Below, piece after piece: positions 30,789 through 43,142 of a DNA stretch of 64,000 nt. The stretch spans positions 97,068 to 161,067 of the forward strand of contig CAWHGC010000012.1 in assembly GCA_963828885.1 (NCBI GenBank), in the 5' to 3' direction. The stretch comes from an uncultured Actinomycetes bacterium (GTDB lineage Bacteria; Actinomycetota; UBA4738; HRBIN12). A program made the position numbers and the translations under genes. Each line of letters starts with the position of its first letter. Within the stretch, counting starts at the first letter, position 1. The notes beneath the pieces are model-generated. The model was not told the DNA's origin. It worked only from the letters and a program-made list of their open reading frames with translations, and did not search any database.

Positions 30789-33445
30789 TACCCGAGCTCC
30801 CCGAGCTGCGCGACGAGCTGGTCGCGCTCGGCGGTGAGCCGTGTGAGCTTGTCCTGCTCGCCGGCGACGATCTCGGGCGCGGCCTTCGCGCGGAACCCCT
30901 CGTTCGCCAGCTTCGTGCCGGAGCGCTCGATGTCGCGGTCCAGCTCGCCCAGCCGCTTCGACAGCCGCGCGCGCTCGGCCTCGAGGTCGATCGCCCCCGC
31001 GAGCGGGATCTCCACGAACCCGCCGGACACGACCGCGCGCAGCGTGCCGTCGGCCTTCGGCGAGTCGCCCGGCACGATCGTCATGTCCGACGTGCCGGTC
31101 ATCCGGCCGATCCGTTCGCCGAGCTCCCCCAGGACGGCCTGGTCGGCGTCGGGCACGCCGACGGTGACGGCGAGCGCCTGCGAGGACGGGATGTGGTGCT
31201 GTGCGCGGAACTGCCGCAGCGCCGTCACGACCTCCTGCACGAGGCCGAGCGAGGACTCCGCGCCCTCGTCGCGGTGCTCGGGGTGCGGCTCGGGCCAGGC
31301 GGCGATCGTGATGGACTCGCCGATGCCGAACCGCTGCCAGATCTCCTCGGTCACGAACGGCATCGTCGGGTGCAGCAGGCGGAGCGTCCGCTCGAGGACC
31401 CACGCCAGCAGGGCGGCGGCGTCGGCACGCTCCTGCTCGGTCCCGTCCAGCCGTCCCTTCTCCAGCTCGAGGCCCCAGTCACAGAGCTCCGACCACGTGA
31501 ACCGCTGCAGCGCCTGCGCGGCGTCGGCGAACCGGTACTCGTCGAGGGCCGCGTCGACCTCGGCCAGGCAGGCCTGGTGCCGCGAGAGCAGCCAGCGCTC
31601 GGCGACGGTGCGGCGCTCGGCCGGCGGCAGCTCCGGCTCCCCGCCATCGAAGCCCCGCAGCACCAGGCGCGAGGCGTTCCAGATCTTGTTCGCGAAGTTC
31701 CGGCCGGCCTCGATCGCGTCCTCGGACAGCGGGATGTCCTGCTGGCCGCCGGTGGCGGAGCGGGCGAGCGAGAACCGCAGCGCGTCGGCGCCGTACCGGT
31801 CGATCATCTCGATCGGATCGATCACGTTGCCGAGCGACTTCGACATCTTGCGCCCCTGCCCGTCGCGCACGAGGCCGTGGATCACCGCGTTGCGGAACGG
31901 CACGTCGCCGACGAGGAACAGGCCCGACATGATCATCCGGGCCACCCACAGGTAGAGGATCTCGTAGCCCGTCACGAGGGCCTCGTTCGGATAGAACGAT
32001 GCGAGCTCCGGCGTCTCGTCGGGCCACCCCAGCGTGGAGTACGGCCACAGCTGCGAGCTGAACCACGTGTCGAGGACGTCCTCGTCCTGCGTGAGCTCGG
32101 TCCTCCCGCACTCCGCGCACGCGGCCGGATCCTCGGCCGCCACCGTCACGTGGCCGTCCGGGCAGTACCACGCGGGGATCCGGTGCCCCCACCAGAGCTG
32201 GCGCGAGATGTTCCAGTCGCGCAGGTTGTCGAGCCAGTTCACGAAGGGACGCTGCCAGCGCTCGGGCGAGAACCGGACGCGCCCGTCCAGCACGGCCTCC
32301 TTCGCCGGACCGACCAGCCCGCTCACCTGCACGAACCACTGCAGGCCGGCGATCCACGGCTCGATCTCGCTGTGGCAGCGGTAGCAGTGGCCGACCGCGT
32401 GCACGTACGGCCGCTCCTCCTCGACCAGCAGGCCCTTCGCCTCGAGGGCGTCGCGCACGGCGGCGCGCGCCGCGTACCGGTCGAGGCCCCGGAACTCGGG
32501 CGGCACCGCGTCGTTCAGGGTGGCGTCGGCGTTCAGGATGTTCATGAGCGGCAGGCCGGTCCGCTGCGCGATGTCGAAGTCGTTCTGGTCGTGCGCGGGG
32601 GTGACCTTCACCGCTCCGGTGCCGAACTCGCGGTCCACGTGGTGGTCGGCGACGATCGGGATCTCTCGTCCGTCGAACGGGTGCGTGACGGTCCGGCCGA
32701 CCAGTGCCGCGTAGCGCTCGTCGCCGGGATGCACGGCGATGCCGGTGTCGCCGAGCATCGTCTCGACACGCGTGGTGGCGACCTCGATGCCACCGCTGCC
32801 GTCGGTGAGCGGGTAGCGGAACGTGACGAGCTCGCCGGCCACGTCCTCGTGCTCGACCTCGGAGTCGGACAGGCCGGTGCGGTCGGTCGGGCACCAGTTC
32901 ACGAGGCGCTCGCCCCGGTAGATCAGGCCGGCCTCGTACATGCGCACGAAGGCGACGCGCACGGCCCTCGAGAGGCCCTCGTCCATCGTGAAGCGCTCGC
33001 GCTCCCAGTCGCAGGACGCGCCCATCCGCTTGATCTGTTCGACGATCTCGCCGCCGTACTGCTCCTTCCACGTCCAGACCCGCTCGACGAAGGCCTCGCG
33101 GCCGAGCTCGCGGCGGTCGATGCCCTGGTCGCGCAGGAACCGCTCCACCACCACCTGCGTGGCGATGCCGGCGTGGTCCATCCCGGGGATCCAGCAGGCC
33201 TCGTAGCCCTGCATGCGCGCGCGCCGGATCAGCGTGTCCTCGATCGTGCGGCCGAGCGCGTGCCCCACGTGCAGGCGGCCCGTCACGTTGGGCGGCGGGA
33301 TCACGATGCAGTACGGGGGCTTGTCGCTCGGCACGTGCGCGTGGAAGTAGCCGCGCTCGATCCACGTCCGCGTCCAGCGCGGTTCGACCTCGGTGGGGTC
33401 GTACTGCGGCGGCATCTCGGCGCCCGCCTGCGCCATCTCCTGCAT
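30788..33445 (-). CDS. valS: Valine--tRNA ligase
   Basis: The 885-aa ORF is intact. HIGH motif: HVGHALG. KMSKS motif: RKMSKSLGN. A C-terminal coiled coil is present. Confidence 0.97.
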   Translation of the reverse strand: MQEMAQAGAEMPPQYDPTEVEPRWTRTWIERGYFHAHVPSDKPPYCIVIPPPNVTGRLHVGHALGRTIEDTLIRRARMQGYEACWIPGMDHAGIATQVVVERFLRDQGIDRRELGREAFVERVWTWKEQYGGEIVEQIKRMGASCDWERERFTMDEGLSRAVRVAFVRMYEAGLIYRGERLVNWCPTDRTGLSDSEVEHEDVAGELVTFRYPLTDGSGGIEVATTRVETMLGDTGIAVHPGDERYAALVGRTVTHPFDGREIPIVADHHVDREFGTGAVKVTPAHDQNDFDIAQRTGLPLMNILNADATLNDAVPPEFRGLDRYAARAAVRDALEAKGLLVEEERPYVHAVGHCYRCHSEIEPWIAGLQWFVQVSGLVGPAKEAVLDGRVRFSPERWQRPFVNWLDNLRDWNISRQLWWGHRIPAWYCPDGHVTVAAEDPAACAECGRTELTQDEDVLDTWFSSQLWPYSTLGWPDETPELASFYPNEALVTGYEILYLWVARMIMSGLFLVGDVPFRNAVIHGLVRDGQGRKMSKSLGNVIDPIEMIDRYGADALRFSLARSATGGQQDIPLSEDAIEAGRNFANKIWNASRLVLRGFDGGEPELPPAERRTVAERWLLSRHQACLAEVDAALDEYRFADAAQALQRFTWSELCDWGLELEKGRLDGTEQERADAAALLAWVLERTLRLLHPTMPFVTEEIWQRFGIGESITIAAWPEPHPEHRDEGAESSLGLVQEVVTALRQFRAQHHIPSSQALAVTVGVPDADQAVLGELGERIGRMTGTSDMTIVPGDSPKADGTLRAVVSGGFVEIPLAGAIDLEAERARLSKRLGELDRDIERSGTKLANEGFRAKAAPEIVAGEQDKLTRLTAERDQLVAQLGELG

Positions 33446-33455
33446 GGGGCCGAGT

Positions 33456-34656
33456 CTACGGGACGGCCACTTCGGGCAGGTCGAGGATCACGACGGTGGC
33501 GTCGTCCTGGAGGTCGGCGGCCCGATGGTCGTGCACCGATCGCGTGATGAGGCGGGCGACCTCGCGCGGCGGCAGGTTCCGGGCGCCGTCGAGCAGCTGC
33601 GCGAGGGCCTCGAGCCCGTACACCGCCCCGCCGTCGGGCTGCGCCTCGATGATGCCGTCGCTGAACAGGGTGAGCCGGTCTCCGGCCTGCAACGGCAGCC
33701 GCTGCACGCGCCGCTGGGTGTCGAACGGCATGCCGAACGGCACCTCGGCCTCGAGCGGGAGCTGCACGGCGCCGGCGCCGGCGCGCTGGATGAACGGGTG
33801 CTCGTGGCCCGCGTTCACGACGACGGACTCGCCCGGCGAGCGCAGGTCCACCCGCAGGATCGCGCCCGTCGTGTATCCCTCGGTCTCGAAGCCGGGGCGC
33901 AGGGTCTCGTGGATCCGGGCGGCCTGCTCCTCCAGCGGGCGGCCCGCCCGGCGCGCGTTGCGGAACGTGGACACGCACAGCGCCGAGAGCCTCGACGCCC
34001 GCAGTCCGTGCCCCATCGAGTCGAAGATGCCCAGGGTCAGTTCGTCGTACCCGCACGCGTAGTCGAAGGCGTCGCCGCCGACCTCGTACGCGGGCTCGAG
34101 CGCGCCGGCGACGGAGACGTCACGGGACTCGAAGGCGGCGAGGGGCAGCAGGCTCCACTGGATCTCCGCCGCGAGCGTCATGTCCCGGCGGCGGCGCGCG
34201 AAGTGGAACTCGTCGGTCCACAGGTCGCCGGCCGTCACCAGATAGCCGAGCAGCACGCCCGTCGTCTCCACGACGTCGGCATGCTCGTCGGTCGGGTGCT
34301 CGGCGAGGGTCACCTCCAGCACGCCCTGCCGCTCGTGCCGGGCCGTGACCGGCGTGATGACGACCGGGCTGCCTCCGATCGCGGTCCGCTCGAGCACGCC
34401 GTCGGTGTACGCCCGCCCGTGCACGGACCCCTCGATCTCGATCTCCTGCGAGCTGCGGGACCTCGCCGGCCGCCAGGCCCTCGCGCATCTCGAAGCGGCG
34501 TGCCTCGACGTCGGCGATCAGCAGCCGGACGCCGACCGCCCCCACCACGTCGGACAGCTGGTCGAGCAGGGTCGGCATCAACCCGGACAGGCCGGCCGTA
34601 TCGAGGCGTTCGAGCAGGCGCAGCAGGGAGCGCTCATGAGGTTGCATGCGCGACAT
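33456..34656 (-). CDS. GAF-like sensor plus PP2C/SpoIIE-family serine phosphatase. Apparent +1 insertion at about 34440-34460.
   Basis: The ATG at 34656 gives MSRMQPHERSLLRLLERLDTAG...LLIADVEARRFEMREG (tail of ORF 34120..35937). ORF 33456..34424 carries the PP2C core: EIQWSLLP...GGDAFDY...GIFDSMGHGLRAS...TLFSDGI. Confidence 0.75.
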
Positions 34657-34703
34657 CGTTTCCGGAGGGACCGCCGACCAAACCCCTGAGCCGAACCGGG
34701 CAG

Positions 34704-35969
<1,266 letters not shown>

Positions 35970-36046
35970 GCCCCCGTGGCCTTCCTCTCTCAACGGTCGA
36001 GGCCGGAACTCGATCGAGCCCGGCCCCTCGCTAGCTGGATGAGATT

Positions 36047-36685
36047 CTACGCCCCTCCGGCGGCGGCGGCTGCAAGTTCCGGCGTGATCCCGCGGCTCGT
36101 GATGATCTCGTCGATCACCCCGTACGCCTTGGCCTCCTCGGCCGTGAGGATGTAGTCACGGTCGGTGTCCTTCGCGACCTTCTCGAGCGGCTGCCCTGTG
36201 TGCTCGGAGATGAGCCGCTCCAGCAGCTGCCGGTAGCGCGTGATCTCCTTGGCCTGGATCTCGATGTCGACGGCCTGACCCTGCGCGCCGCCGTGCGGCT
36301 GGTGCAGCAGCACGCGCGAGTGCGGGAGCGCGAACCGCTTGCCGGGCGCACCCGACAGCAGCAGCACCGCCGCCGCCGACGCCGCCTGGCCCATCACGAT
36401 CGTCGACACGTCGGGCTTGATGTACTGCATGGTGTCGTACATGGCGAACAGGGCCGTGATGTCCCCGCCCGGCGAGTTGATGTACAGGTTGATGTCCTTG
36501 TCGGGATCCTCGGACTCCAGGTGCAGCAGCTGCGCCATGATGAGGTTGCCGACGTTGTCGTCGATCGGCGTGCCGAGGAAGACGATGCGCTCCTTCAGCA
36601 GCCGCGAGTAGATGTCGAACGAGCGCTCGCCGCGGCTCGTCTGCTCCACCACGACGGGAACCAGGTAGTTCTGCAGATCGGTCAT
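36047..36685 (-). CDS. clpP: ATP-dependent Clp protease proteolytic subunit
   Basis: The ATG at 36685 overlaps the tig stop (ATGA). The sequence reads ...[12 protein letters not shown]...[10 protein letters not shown]...GQAASAAAV...HQP. Only one clpP copy lies between tig and clpX. Confidence 0.95.
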   Translation of the reverse strand: MTDLQNYLVPVVVEQTSRGERSFDIYSRLLKERIVFLGTPIDDNVGNLIMAQLLHLESEDPDKDINLYINSPGGDITALFAMYDTMQYIKPDVSTIVMGQAASAAAVLLLSGAPGKRFALPHSRVLLHQPHGGAQGQAVDIEIQAKEITRYRQLLERLISEHTGQPLEKVAKDTDRDYILTAEEAKAYGVIDEIITSRGITPELAAAAAGGA

Positions 36686-38059
36686 GCGCTCTCCTCCGGT
36701 CGTTCGGGCTCGGGTGGGGACTCCGCCTCCGCCGCCTGCTCCCCTTCTCCATCGGTCGTGGGAGCCTCGGTCTGGATGTCGGCGTGCTCGACGAGGAGAT
36801 CGAGCGCCTTGGTCCTGATGATATCGCTGGCCAGCGTTACGATCTGGCCGCTTCGGTCGAGTTGTTTGGCGAGTTCCTTCGCGTCGCGCTGGTACGCCTG
36901 GGCCAGCGCGTTGATCTCGGCCCCGATCTCGTCGGCCGTGACCTCGAGGTCCTCGGCCCTGGCGACGGCCTCCAGGACCAGGTCGCTGGTGATGGCGCGC
37001 ACCGCGTGATCGCGGGCGTCCGAGCGGAACCGGTCCTCGTCCCAGCCCTGGCTCTCCAGGACCTGCTCCAGGGTGAGCCCGCTCCGCTCGGCGCGGGCGG
37101 TGGCCTCGGCGACGCGGTGCTCGGTCTCGTGGTCGATCAGCGACTCGCGGGAGATCGACCGGGGTGCGCGTGACGAGCGCGTCCAGCACGCGGTCGCGCA
37201 GGATGCCGACGGACTCGCGCTCCTTGAGCTCGTGGATCTTCTCGCGCAGGTCGGTGCGGAGCTCGTCGAGCGTGTCGAACTCGCTGGCCGTCTTCGCGAG
37301 GTCGTCGTCGAGCGGCGGCAGCCGCTTGGCCTTCACCTCCTTCACCAGCACGCGGAAGTGCACGGCGCCGGCGTCGGGTACCTCGAGCTGGGTGGGCGCG
37401 GCGTCGAACGTCTGGTCGAACTCGATGATGTCGCCGGGCTTCGTGCCGGGCAGCTCGCCGTCCAGCACGGGGCCGAACTCGCCCGACCCGATGCGGTGCA
37501 GGTAGTCCGTGCGGGTGAGCTGCTCGACCTCCTCGCCGCCGAGCGTGGCGCGGATGTCGATGACGGCGAAGTCGTCGGCCCTGGCGGCGCGCTCGGCCGG
37601 CTCCAGCTCGGCGAACCGCTCCCGCAGCCGCTCGACCCAGTCGTCGATCTCCTGCTCGGACACGGACGTGTCGGGCCGCTCGATCGTGACGCCCTTGTAG
37701 CCGTCGAGCTCGAGGCGGGGGCGGACCTCGACGGTGGCGGTGAAGATCAGCGGCTTGCCGTCCTCCGCCTGCTCGAGATCGATGTCGGGCTCGGTGATGG
37801 GCGCGAGGTCCTCCTCGCGGACGGCCTCGCGGAAGTACACCGGCACGGCGGAGGACAGGAACTCCTCCATCACCACGTCATGGCCGATCTGCGTGTCGAT
37901 GATCCGCCGCGGCACCTTGCCCTTGCGGAACCCCGGGATCTTCACCTGGTTCGCGACGGACCGGTACGCGCGGTCGAGATCCTTGGCGAAATCCTCCGGA
38001 GCGACCTCGACGGTGAGCTTCACGGTGTGTTTCTCGGGACGTTCGACGGTCGTCTGCAT
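36682..38059 (-). CDS. tig: Trigger factor, with an apparent +1 insertion at about 37145-37152
   Basis: [19 protein letters not shown]...[13 protein letters not shown]. After ...TRTPVDLP the ORF 36047..38059 frame becomes Arg-rich. The next frame reads [30 protein letters not shown]...[11 protein letters not shown]... to a stop at 36682. Confidence 0.9.
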
Positions 38060-38138
38060 GGATGTCGAAAGGGTAGCCGAGATCGGTGCGAGCGACCCCG
38101 CCGACCTGCGACGCTGCGGTCGGGTAGGGTGCCCAGCG

Positions 38139-38900
38139 ATGTTCGAACGGGAGCTCGCCTTCGCTCACGAGACGGCCGACCGGGCCGCGGAGATCGGCCT
38201 CGACTTCTTCCGCAACGGCTTCGAGGTGATGACGAAGCCCGACCTGTCGCCGGTCACCGAGGCCGACCTCGCGATCGAGGCGATGGTGCGCGAGCGGATC
38301 GCCGACGCCTTCCCCGGCGACGCCGTGCTGGGCGAGGAGCAGGGCGGCGCCGACCTGGGCGGCCGCACGTGGATCCTCGATCCGATCGACGCCACGAAGA
38401 ACTTCGCGCTCGGCATCCAGATCTGGGGGACGCTGATCGCGCTCCAGGTCGAGGGCGACCTCAAGGTGTCGGTCGTGTCGGCGCCGGCGCTCGGCGAGCG
38501 GTACGCGGCCGTGCGCGGCGAGGGCGCCTCGTGCAACGGTGAGCCGATCCACGTGTCGCCGGTCGCCCGGATCGCCGACGCGCATGTCCTGTACGCGGGC
38601 ATCAAGGACTTCCTCCGGCCGCCTCGGAACGAAGCCCTGCTGTCGGTGATCGAGGAGAGCTCGCGCGCGCGGGGCTTCGGCGACTTCTGGGGCCACGTGC
38701 TGGTGGCGCGCGGCGCCGCCGAGATGATGGTGGAGCCGGAGCTCAACGTGTGGGACTACGCGGCGCCGCAGCTCATCACCGAGGAGGCCGGCGGGCGCGT
38801 GACCACGATGGAGGGCGGCCCCACGGTCGACGGCGGCAGCGTGCTGACGACGAACGGCCTGCTGCACGACGAGCTCGTCGAGCGGTTCGCCGCCGGCTAG
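38139..38900 (+). CDS. Inositol monophosphatase-family protein (histidinol-phosphatase HisN-like)
   Basis: The ATG at 38139 begins [17 protein letters not shown]. The motifs [16 protein letters not shown] and WDYAA are present. Confidence 0.8.
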   Translation: MFERELAFAHETADRAAEIGLDFFRNGFEVMTKPDLSPVTEADLAIEAMVRERIADAFPGDAVLGEEQGGADLGGRTWILDPIDATKNFALGIQIWGTLIALQVEGDLKVSVVSAPALGERYAAVRGEGASCNGEPIHVSPVARIADAHVLYAGIKDFLRPPRNEALLSVIEESSRARGFGDFWGHVLVARGAAEMMVEPELNVWDYAAPQLITEEAGGRVTTMEGGPTVDGGSVLTTNGLLHDELVERFAAG

Positions 38901-39860
38901 AGGTCGATCGTCCGACCGGCGTCGCCGGCGCGCGCCATCACGACGTTCGCGGCCGCCACGTCCTGGACGCCGACGCCGGTGAGGTCGCACACGGTGAGCT
39001 GGTCCTTCGACGTGCGGCCGGCCGCCTCGCCGGCGATCAGCGCGCCGAGCTCGACGGCGCGCTCGGCCTGGTCCGGCGCGTGCTGCAGCTCGCCCAGCGA
39101 CGCCGACTGCCGGCGCGAGTCCACCGCGATGACGTCGGCGGCGCGGAGGATCTCGGGGTCGAGCTCCTGCTTGCCGTCGCCGTCGGAGCCGACCGACGTC
39201 ACGTGCGCGCCGGCGGCCAGCCATCCGAGTTCCACCAGCGGCTCGCGCGACGCGGTGCAGGTGATGACCACCTGCGCGCCGGCGACGGCCTCGCGGACGG
39301 TCGGGACGGCGACGGCCTCGCAGCCCGGCGCGGACGAGATCGGCGGCGCACGCGGCCGCCTTCGCGGCGTCGCGGCCCCACACGCGCACGTGCCCGAACC
39401 CGGGGCGGACGATCCGCAGCGCCTCCACCTGCCGGCGCGCCTGGATGCCGGTGCCGATGACGGCCACCTCGGCGACGGAGACCGGAGCGAGCTCGGCGGC
39501 CGCCACGCCGCCCGCCGCGCCGGTGCGCTGGTCCGTGATGAACCCGCCGTCGAGCAGGATGGCGGCCGGCGATCCGTCCCGGGCGTCGAACACGAGGACG
39601 AGGCCGTCGATCGCGGCCGGGTCCTGCGCGTAGAACCCGCTCGCCGCCTTCACCGCGTAGTACGGCGCGCCGTGGAGATGGCCGGCCTTCACGTGGATCT
39701 CGCCGCGGGTCTCCGGGACCTCGAGGTGGATCACGCCCGGCAGCTCGGCGCGTCCCGACGAGTACGCGACGAACGCGTCGCGGCACGCATCGATGCAGGA
39801 GGTCATGTCCAGCGCCGCCCGCACGTCGTCCTCGAGGAGGATCCGCACCGTCCGTCCCAC
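38897..39860 (-). CDS. Ornithine cyclodeaminase / mu-crystallin family protein. Apparent +1 insertion at about 39325-39330.
   Basis: The GTG at 39860 gives VGRTVRILLEDDVRAALDMTSCIDACRDAF...VIGTGIQARRQVEAL... (part of the 1501-aa shadow ORF). ORF 38897..39271, extended upstream, continues as CEAVAVPTVREAVAGAQVVITCTASREPLV... Confidence 0.75.
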
Positions 39861-39995
39861 GCGCCGCAGGGTACCCGTCCGGCCGACGGATGGAGAAGTT
39901 TCGCCGCCGCCGGTTCCGTCCGCGGAGATCGCGGGTATGTGCCGCGCGTTGTCGGGAGCGCCGGCGGACGCCGGCCAGATGGAGAGGGGGCGGGC

Positions 39996-40801
39996 ATGCT
40001 CGCGATCGAGTGGGAACAGGGGTTGAACGACGCGTGGGCGCGCATCGCCACGTTCGTGCCGAAGCTCCTGGGGTTCCTGGTGATCCTGGTCATCGGGTAC
40101 TTCCTGGCGAAGGCGCTGTCGCGCATCGTCGACGGCCTGTTGGAACGGGTCGGGTTCGACAGATGGGTGGAACGTGGCTCGTTGAAGACCGCGTTGGAAC
40201 GCTCGAGGTTCGACGCATCGGACATCATCGCCGTGATCGTGTTCTGGGCGGTGTTCCTGATCGCCCTGCAGCTCGCGTTCGGCATCTTCGGCAACAACCC
40301 GGTGAGCGACCTGATCGCCGGCATGATCGCCTACCTGCCGAACGTGCTCGTCGCCGTCATCATCCTCGTGATCGCGGCCGCCATCGCGAAGGTCGTCACC
40401 GAGATCCTCTCGGCGACACTCGGCTCGGTGCAGGGCGGCGTCTGGATCGCTCGCGTCGCCGGCATGGCGATCCTCGTGCTCGGCGTGTTCGCCGCATTGA
40501 ACCAATTGAAGATCGCGCCCGAGATCGTGAACGGCCTGTTCTACGCGATCCTGTCGCGGTCGTCGGCTCGACGATCGTCGCGGTCGGCGGTGGCGGCATC
40601 CGCACGATGCAGCGCTACTGGGAGCGCACGACGGCGAACCTGGAGCGCACCGGCTCGGACATCCGGCGCAACGCCGACCCCGAGGCGGGGAGGCAGGCCG
40701 CGCAGCAACGGCTGGAGCAGGAGCGGGCCCGCGCCGCCGGCGCCGAGGTCGACCTGCGTGAGGAGACGGTGCCGATGGCCCCGTCCACCGACGCACGCTG
40801 A
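39996..40801 (+). CDS. Membrane protein with conserved-TM-helix repeats (like the N-terminal module of MscS-type proteins). One frame change at about 40553.
   Basis: The ATG at 39996 follows GGAGAGGGGG. The helices are FVPKLLGFLVILVIGYFLAKAL and AYLPNVLVAVIILVIAAAIAK. After ...NGLFYAIL the frame of ORF 39890..40801 continues as AVVGSTIVAVGGGGIRTMQRYWE... Here the shift is +2/-1, so a single-base deletion is as parsimonious as two insertions. Confidence 0.5.
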
Positions 40802-40874
40802 AGCGCGGAGGACGCTCGTCGCCGGGCCGGTACCGTCCGGCCCGGCGACCGCGCCCTCCGGGTAGGCTGCGCCG

Positions 40875-42473
40875 ATGGACGGCGAGCGCGACTGGTTCCT
40901 GCTGCCCGACGAGCGCGGGAACCCCGACACCGCGATCGACCGGCGCGTCCCCGACGGCACGGCGTGGACCGACGGCAACGCCGTCACGCCCCTCGTGCAC
41001 GGACGCGTGTACTTCGAACGGCTGGTCGGCTGCCTGCGTGAGCTCCGCAGCGGCGACCGGATGTGGTTCACGGATTGGCGCGGAGACGAGGACCAGGTCC
41101 TGACACCGGACGGCACGCGGCTCGGCGACCTCCTGGTGGAGCTCGCCTCCAGCGGCATCGAGGTCCGCGGGCTCCTGTGGCGCTCGCACAGCAAGGCGAT
41201 CGGCTACCAGGCCGAGGAGCACGTGAAGCTCGCCGACCGCGTGAACGAGGTGGGAGGGCGCGTGATGCTCGACGAGCGCGTGCGGCGCGCCGGCTCGCAC
41301 CACCAGAAGATGGTGATCCTGCGCCACCCCGGCCGGCCCGAGCAGGACGTCGCGTTCGTCGGCGGCATCGACCTGTGTCACGGCCGCGGCGACGACGAGC
41401 GTCACCTCGGCGACCCCCAGCCGGAGGAGATGGACGCGGCCTACGGGCCGACGCCCGCCTGGCACGACGTGCAGACCGAGGTGCGCGGCCCGGCCATCGG
41501 CGACATCGCCATGACCTTCTGGGAACGCTGGAACGACCGCACGCCGCTCGATCGCCGCACACCGTTCAACCGGATGCGCGCCGCCTTCGGCAGACAGCCG
41601 GTGCGCACCGAGCCGATCGGCGCGCTGGACCCCGATCCGCCCCCGGCCGGAAGCGCGTCCGTGCAGGTCCTGCGCACGTATCCGTACAAGACGCCGGAGC
41701 ACCCCTTCGCGCGCCGTGGCGAGCGCAGCGTCGCCCGCGAATATCACAAGGCGTTCGCTCGCGCGCGCCGGCTCGTGTACGTCGAGGACCAGTACCTGTG
41801 GTCGGCCGAGGTCGCGGAGCTCTACGAGGAGGCGCTGCGCCGCAACCCCGACCTGCACGTGATCTCGGTCGTGCCCCGCGTGCCCGACCGCAACGGCATG
41901 TTCAGCGGGCCGGGGCACCGGATCGGCCAGCTCGAGGTCATGCACCGCGTGCGCGAGGCCGGCGGCGGACGCATGGCCGTCTACGACCTCGAGAACGAGG
42001 CCGGCACGCCGATCTACGTGCACGCGAAGGTCGTCATCGTCGACGACGTGCTCGCGGCGGTCGGCTCGGACAACATGAACCGCCGTTCGTGGACCCACGA
42101 CAGCGAGATCTCGCTGGCCGTGCTCGACGAGGCCCACGACGACCGTGAGCCGGCCGATCCGGCCGGCCTGGGCGACGGAGCTCGAGGCTTCGCGCGCCGG
42201 CTGCGGCTCGAGCTGATGCGCGAGCACCTCCAGGTCCCCTCGGACGACGGCCTGCTCGACCCGCTCGAGGCCTTCGATGCGTTCGCGAGGTCGGCGGCCG
42301 CCCTCGAGGCCTGGCATCGCGGCGGCGGCGTCGGCGCGCGGCCCGCCGGGCGCCTGCGCCCGCACCACCTCCGCGAGCTCCACCCGTGGGAGGTCTGGGC
42401 CGCCCCGCTGTACCGGACCCTCATCGACCCCGACGGACGTCCGCGCGACCTCCGCCGAGCCGCCGCGTTCTGA
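40875..42473 (+). CDS. Phospholipase D-family protein (two HKD motifs)
   Basis: SHHQKMVIL...GGID and HAKVVIVDD...GSDNMNRRS. The 532-aa ORF is intact. Confidence 0.85.
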   Translation: MDGERDWFLLPDERGNPDTAIDRRVPDGTAWTDGNAVTPLVHGRVYFERLVGCLRELRSGDRMWFTDWRGDEDQVLTPDGTRLGDLLVELASSGIEVRGLLWRSHSKAIGYQAEEHVKLADRVNEVGGRVMLDERVRRAGSHHQKMVILRHPGRPEQDVAFVGGIDLCHGRGDDERHLGDPQPEEMDAAYGPTPAWHDVQTEVRGPAIGDIAMTFWERWNDRTPLDRRTPFNRMRAAFGRQPVRTEPIGALDPDPPPAGSASVQVLRTYPYKTPEHPFARRGERSVAREYHKAFARARRLVYVEDQYLWSAEVAELYEEALRRNPDLHVISVVPRVPDRNGMFSGPGHRIGQLEVMHRVREAGGGRMAVYDLENEAGTPIYVHAKVVIVDDVLAAVGSDNMNRRSWTHDSEISLAVLDEAHDDREPADPAGLGDGARGFARRLRLELMREHLQVPSDDGLLDPLEAFDAFARSAAALEAWHRGGGVGARPAGRLRPHHLRELHPWEVWAAPLYRTLIDPDGRPRDLRRAAAF

Positions 42474-42563
42474 GCCCAGCTCTCAAGCCCCGCCCGCCTC
42501 TCAAGCCCCGAGCCGACGCCGGCGCCGAGACCTCCCCCGACGACCGCTCCCCCCGGAGGACCA

Positions 42564-43056
42564 GTGCGCACCGCTATCGCGAACCGGCTGCTGAATCCCG
42601 CTCGTGATCGCCCTGTTGCGCTCGCCGTTGCACCCGCTCACGAGCCGCACGAACGCGCTCGTCACGTGCCGGGGCCGGCGCACCGGCCGTACCTACACCG
42701 TGCCGCTCCGCTACGCCGAGGACGAGACCGGCCTGTGGCTGCACGCGGCGAAGCCGCACACGAAGACCTGGTGGCGCAGCCTCGAGGGCGGCGCCCCGGT
42801 CACGGTCCGGCTGCGCGGCCGTGAGGTCCACGCGCACGCCGAGGCGATCCGCGACGACACGTCGCGCGTCGCCGAGGGCCTGTGGGCCTACTACCGGCGC
42901 TTCCCCACCCTCGCGAAGTCGATGGGGCTGTCGTGGGAGCCCTCGTCGGTGGACCGCGCCGCCGCCGGCAGCGTGATGGTGCGGATCGAGCTCGCACCGC
43001 TGCAGCCCGCCCAGCTTCAGCCCGCCCAGCTTCAGCCCGCCCACCCGGCGGCCTGA
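42564..43056 (+). CDS. Deazaflavin (F420H2)-dependent nitroreductase-family protein (DUF385-like). Apparent extra base at about 42596.
   Basis: The GTG at 42564 gives MRTAIANRLLNP. One base later the frame reads LVIALLRSPLHPL...GRRTGRTYTVPLRY...TWWRSL. The C-terminus carries a QPAQL x2.8 repeat. Confidence 0.55.
43003..43044. repeat. 15-bp tandem repeat (cagcccgcccagctt x2.8)
   Basis: Read directly at the 3' end of the nitroreductase-family CDS. Confidence 0.85.
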
Positions 43057-43142
43057 CCCCGAGTCGCGCTCGCCCGGTCGCACCCCGCAGGCGCCGGTGT
43101 TACGGTCGGCGCTCCGCCGGCCCCGCGAGGAGGTTCGACCCC

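Noticed and set aside
37878-42383. A 1501-aa minus-strand ORF, and similar very long ORFs (1043..4405 +, 13646..15730 +, 15144..17228 -, 44413..47481 +, 48279..50282 +, 55143..56774 +), which could be mistaken for giant novel proteins.
   Set aside because: They are Arg/Gly/Pro/Ala-rich shadow frames, typical of roughly 70% GC DNA. They run antisense or out of frame to genes with clear homology (hisN-like, OCD, PLD, rne, PP2C, copB, mttB). Only short segments, such as the OCD N-terminus inside 37878..42383, are real coding sequence.
42479-42510. An 18-bp-period duplication (tctcaagccccg ... tctcaagccccg) downstream of the PLD gene, considered as a possible regulatory repeat.
   Set aside because: There are only two short copies in a 90-nt intergenic spacer. 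They have no dyad symmetry and no recognisable promoter or terminator features, which is insufficient to support a function.
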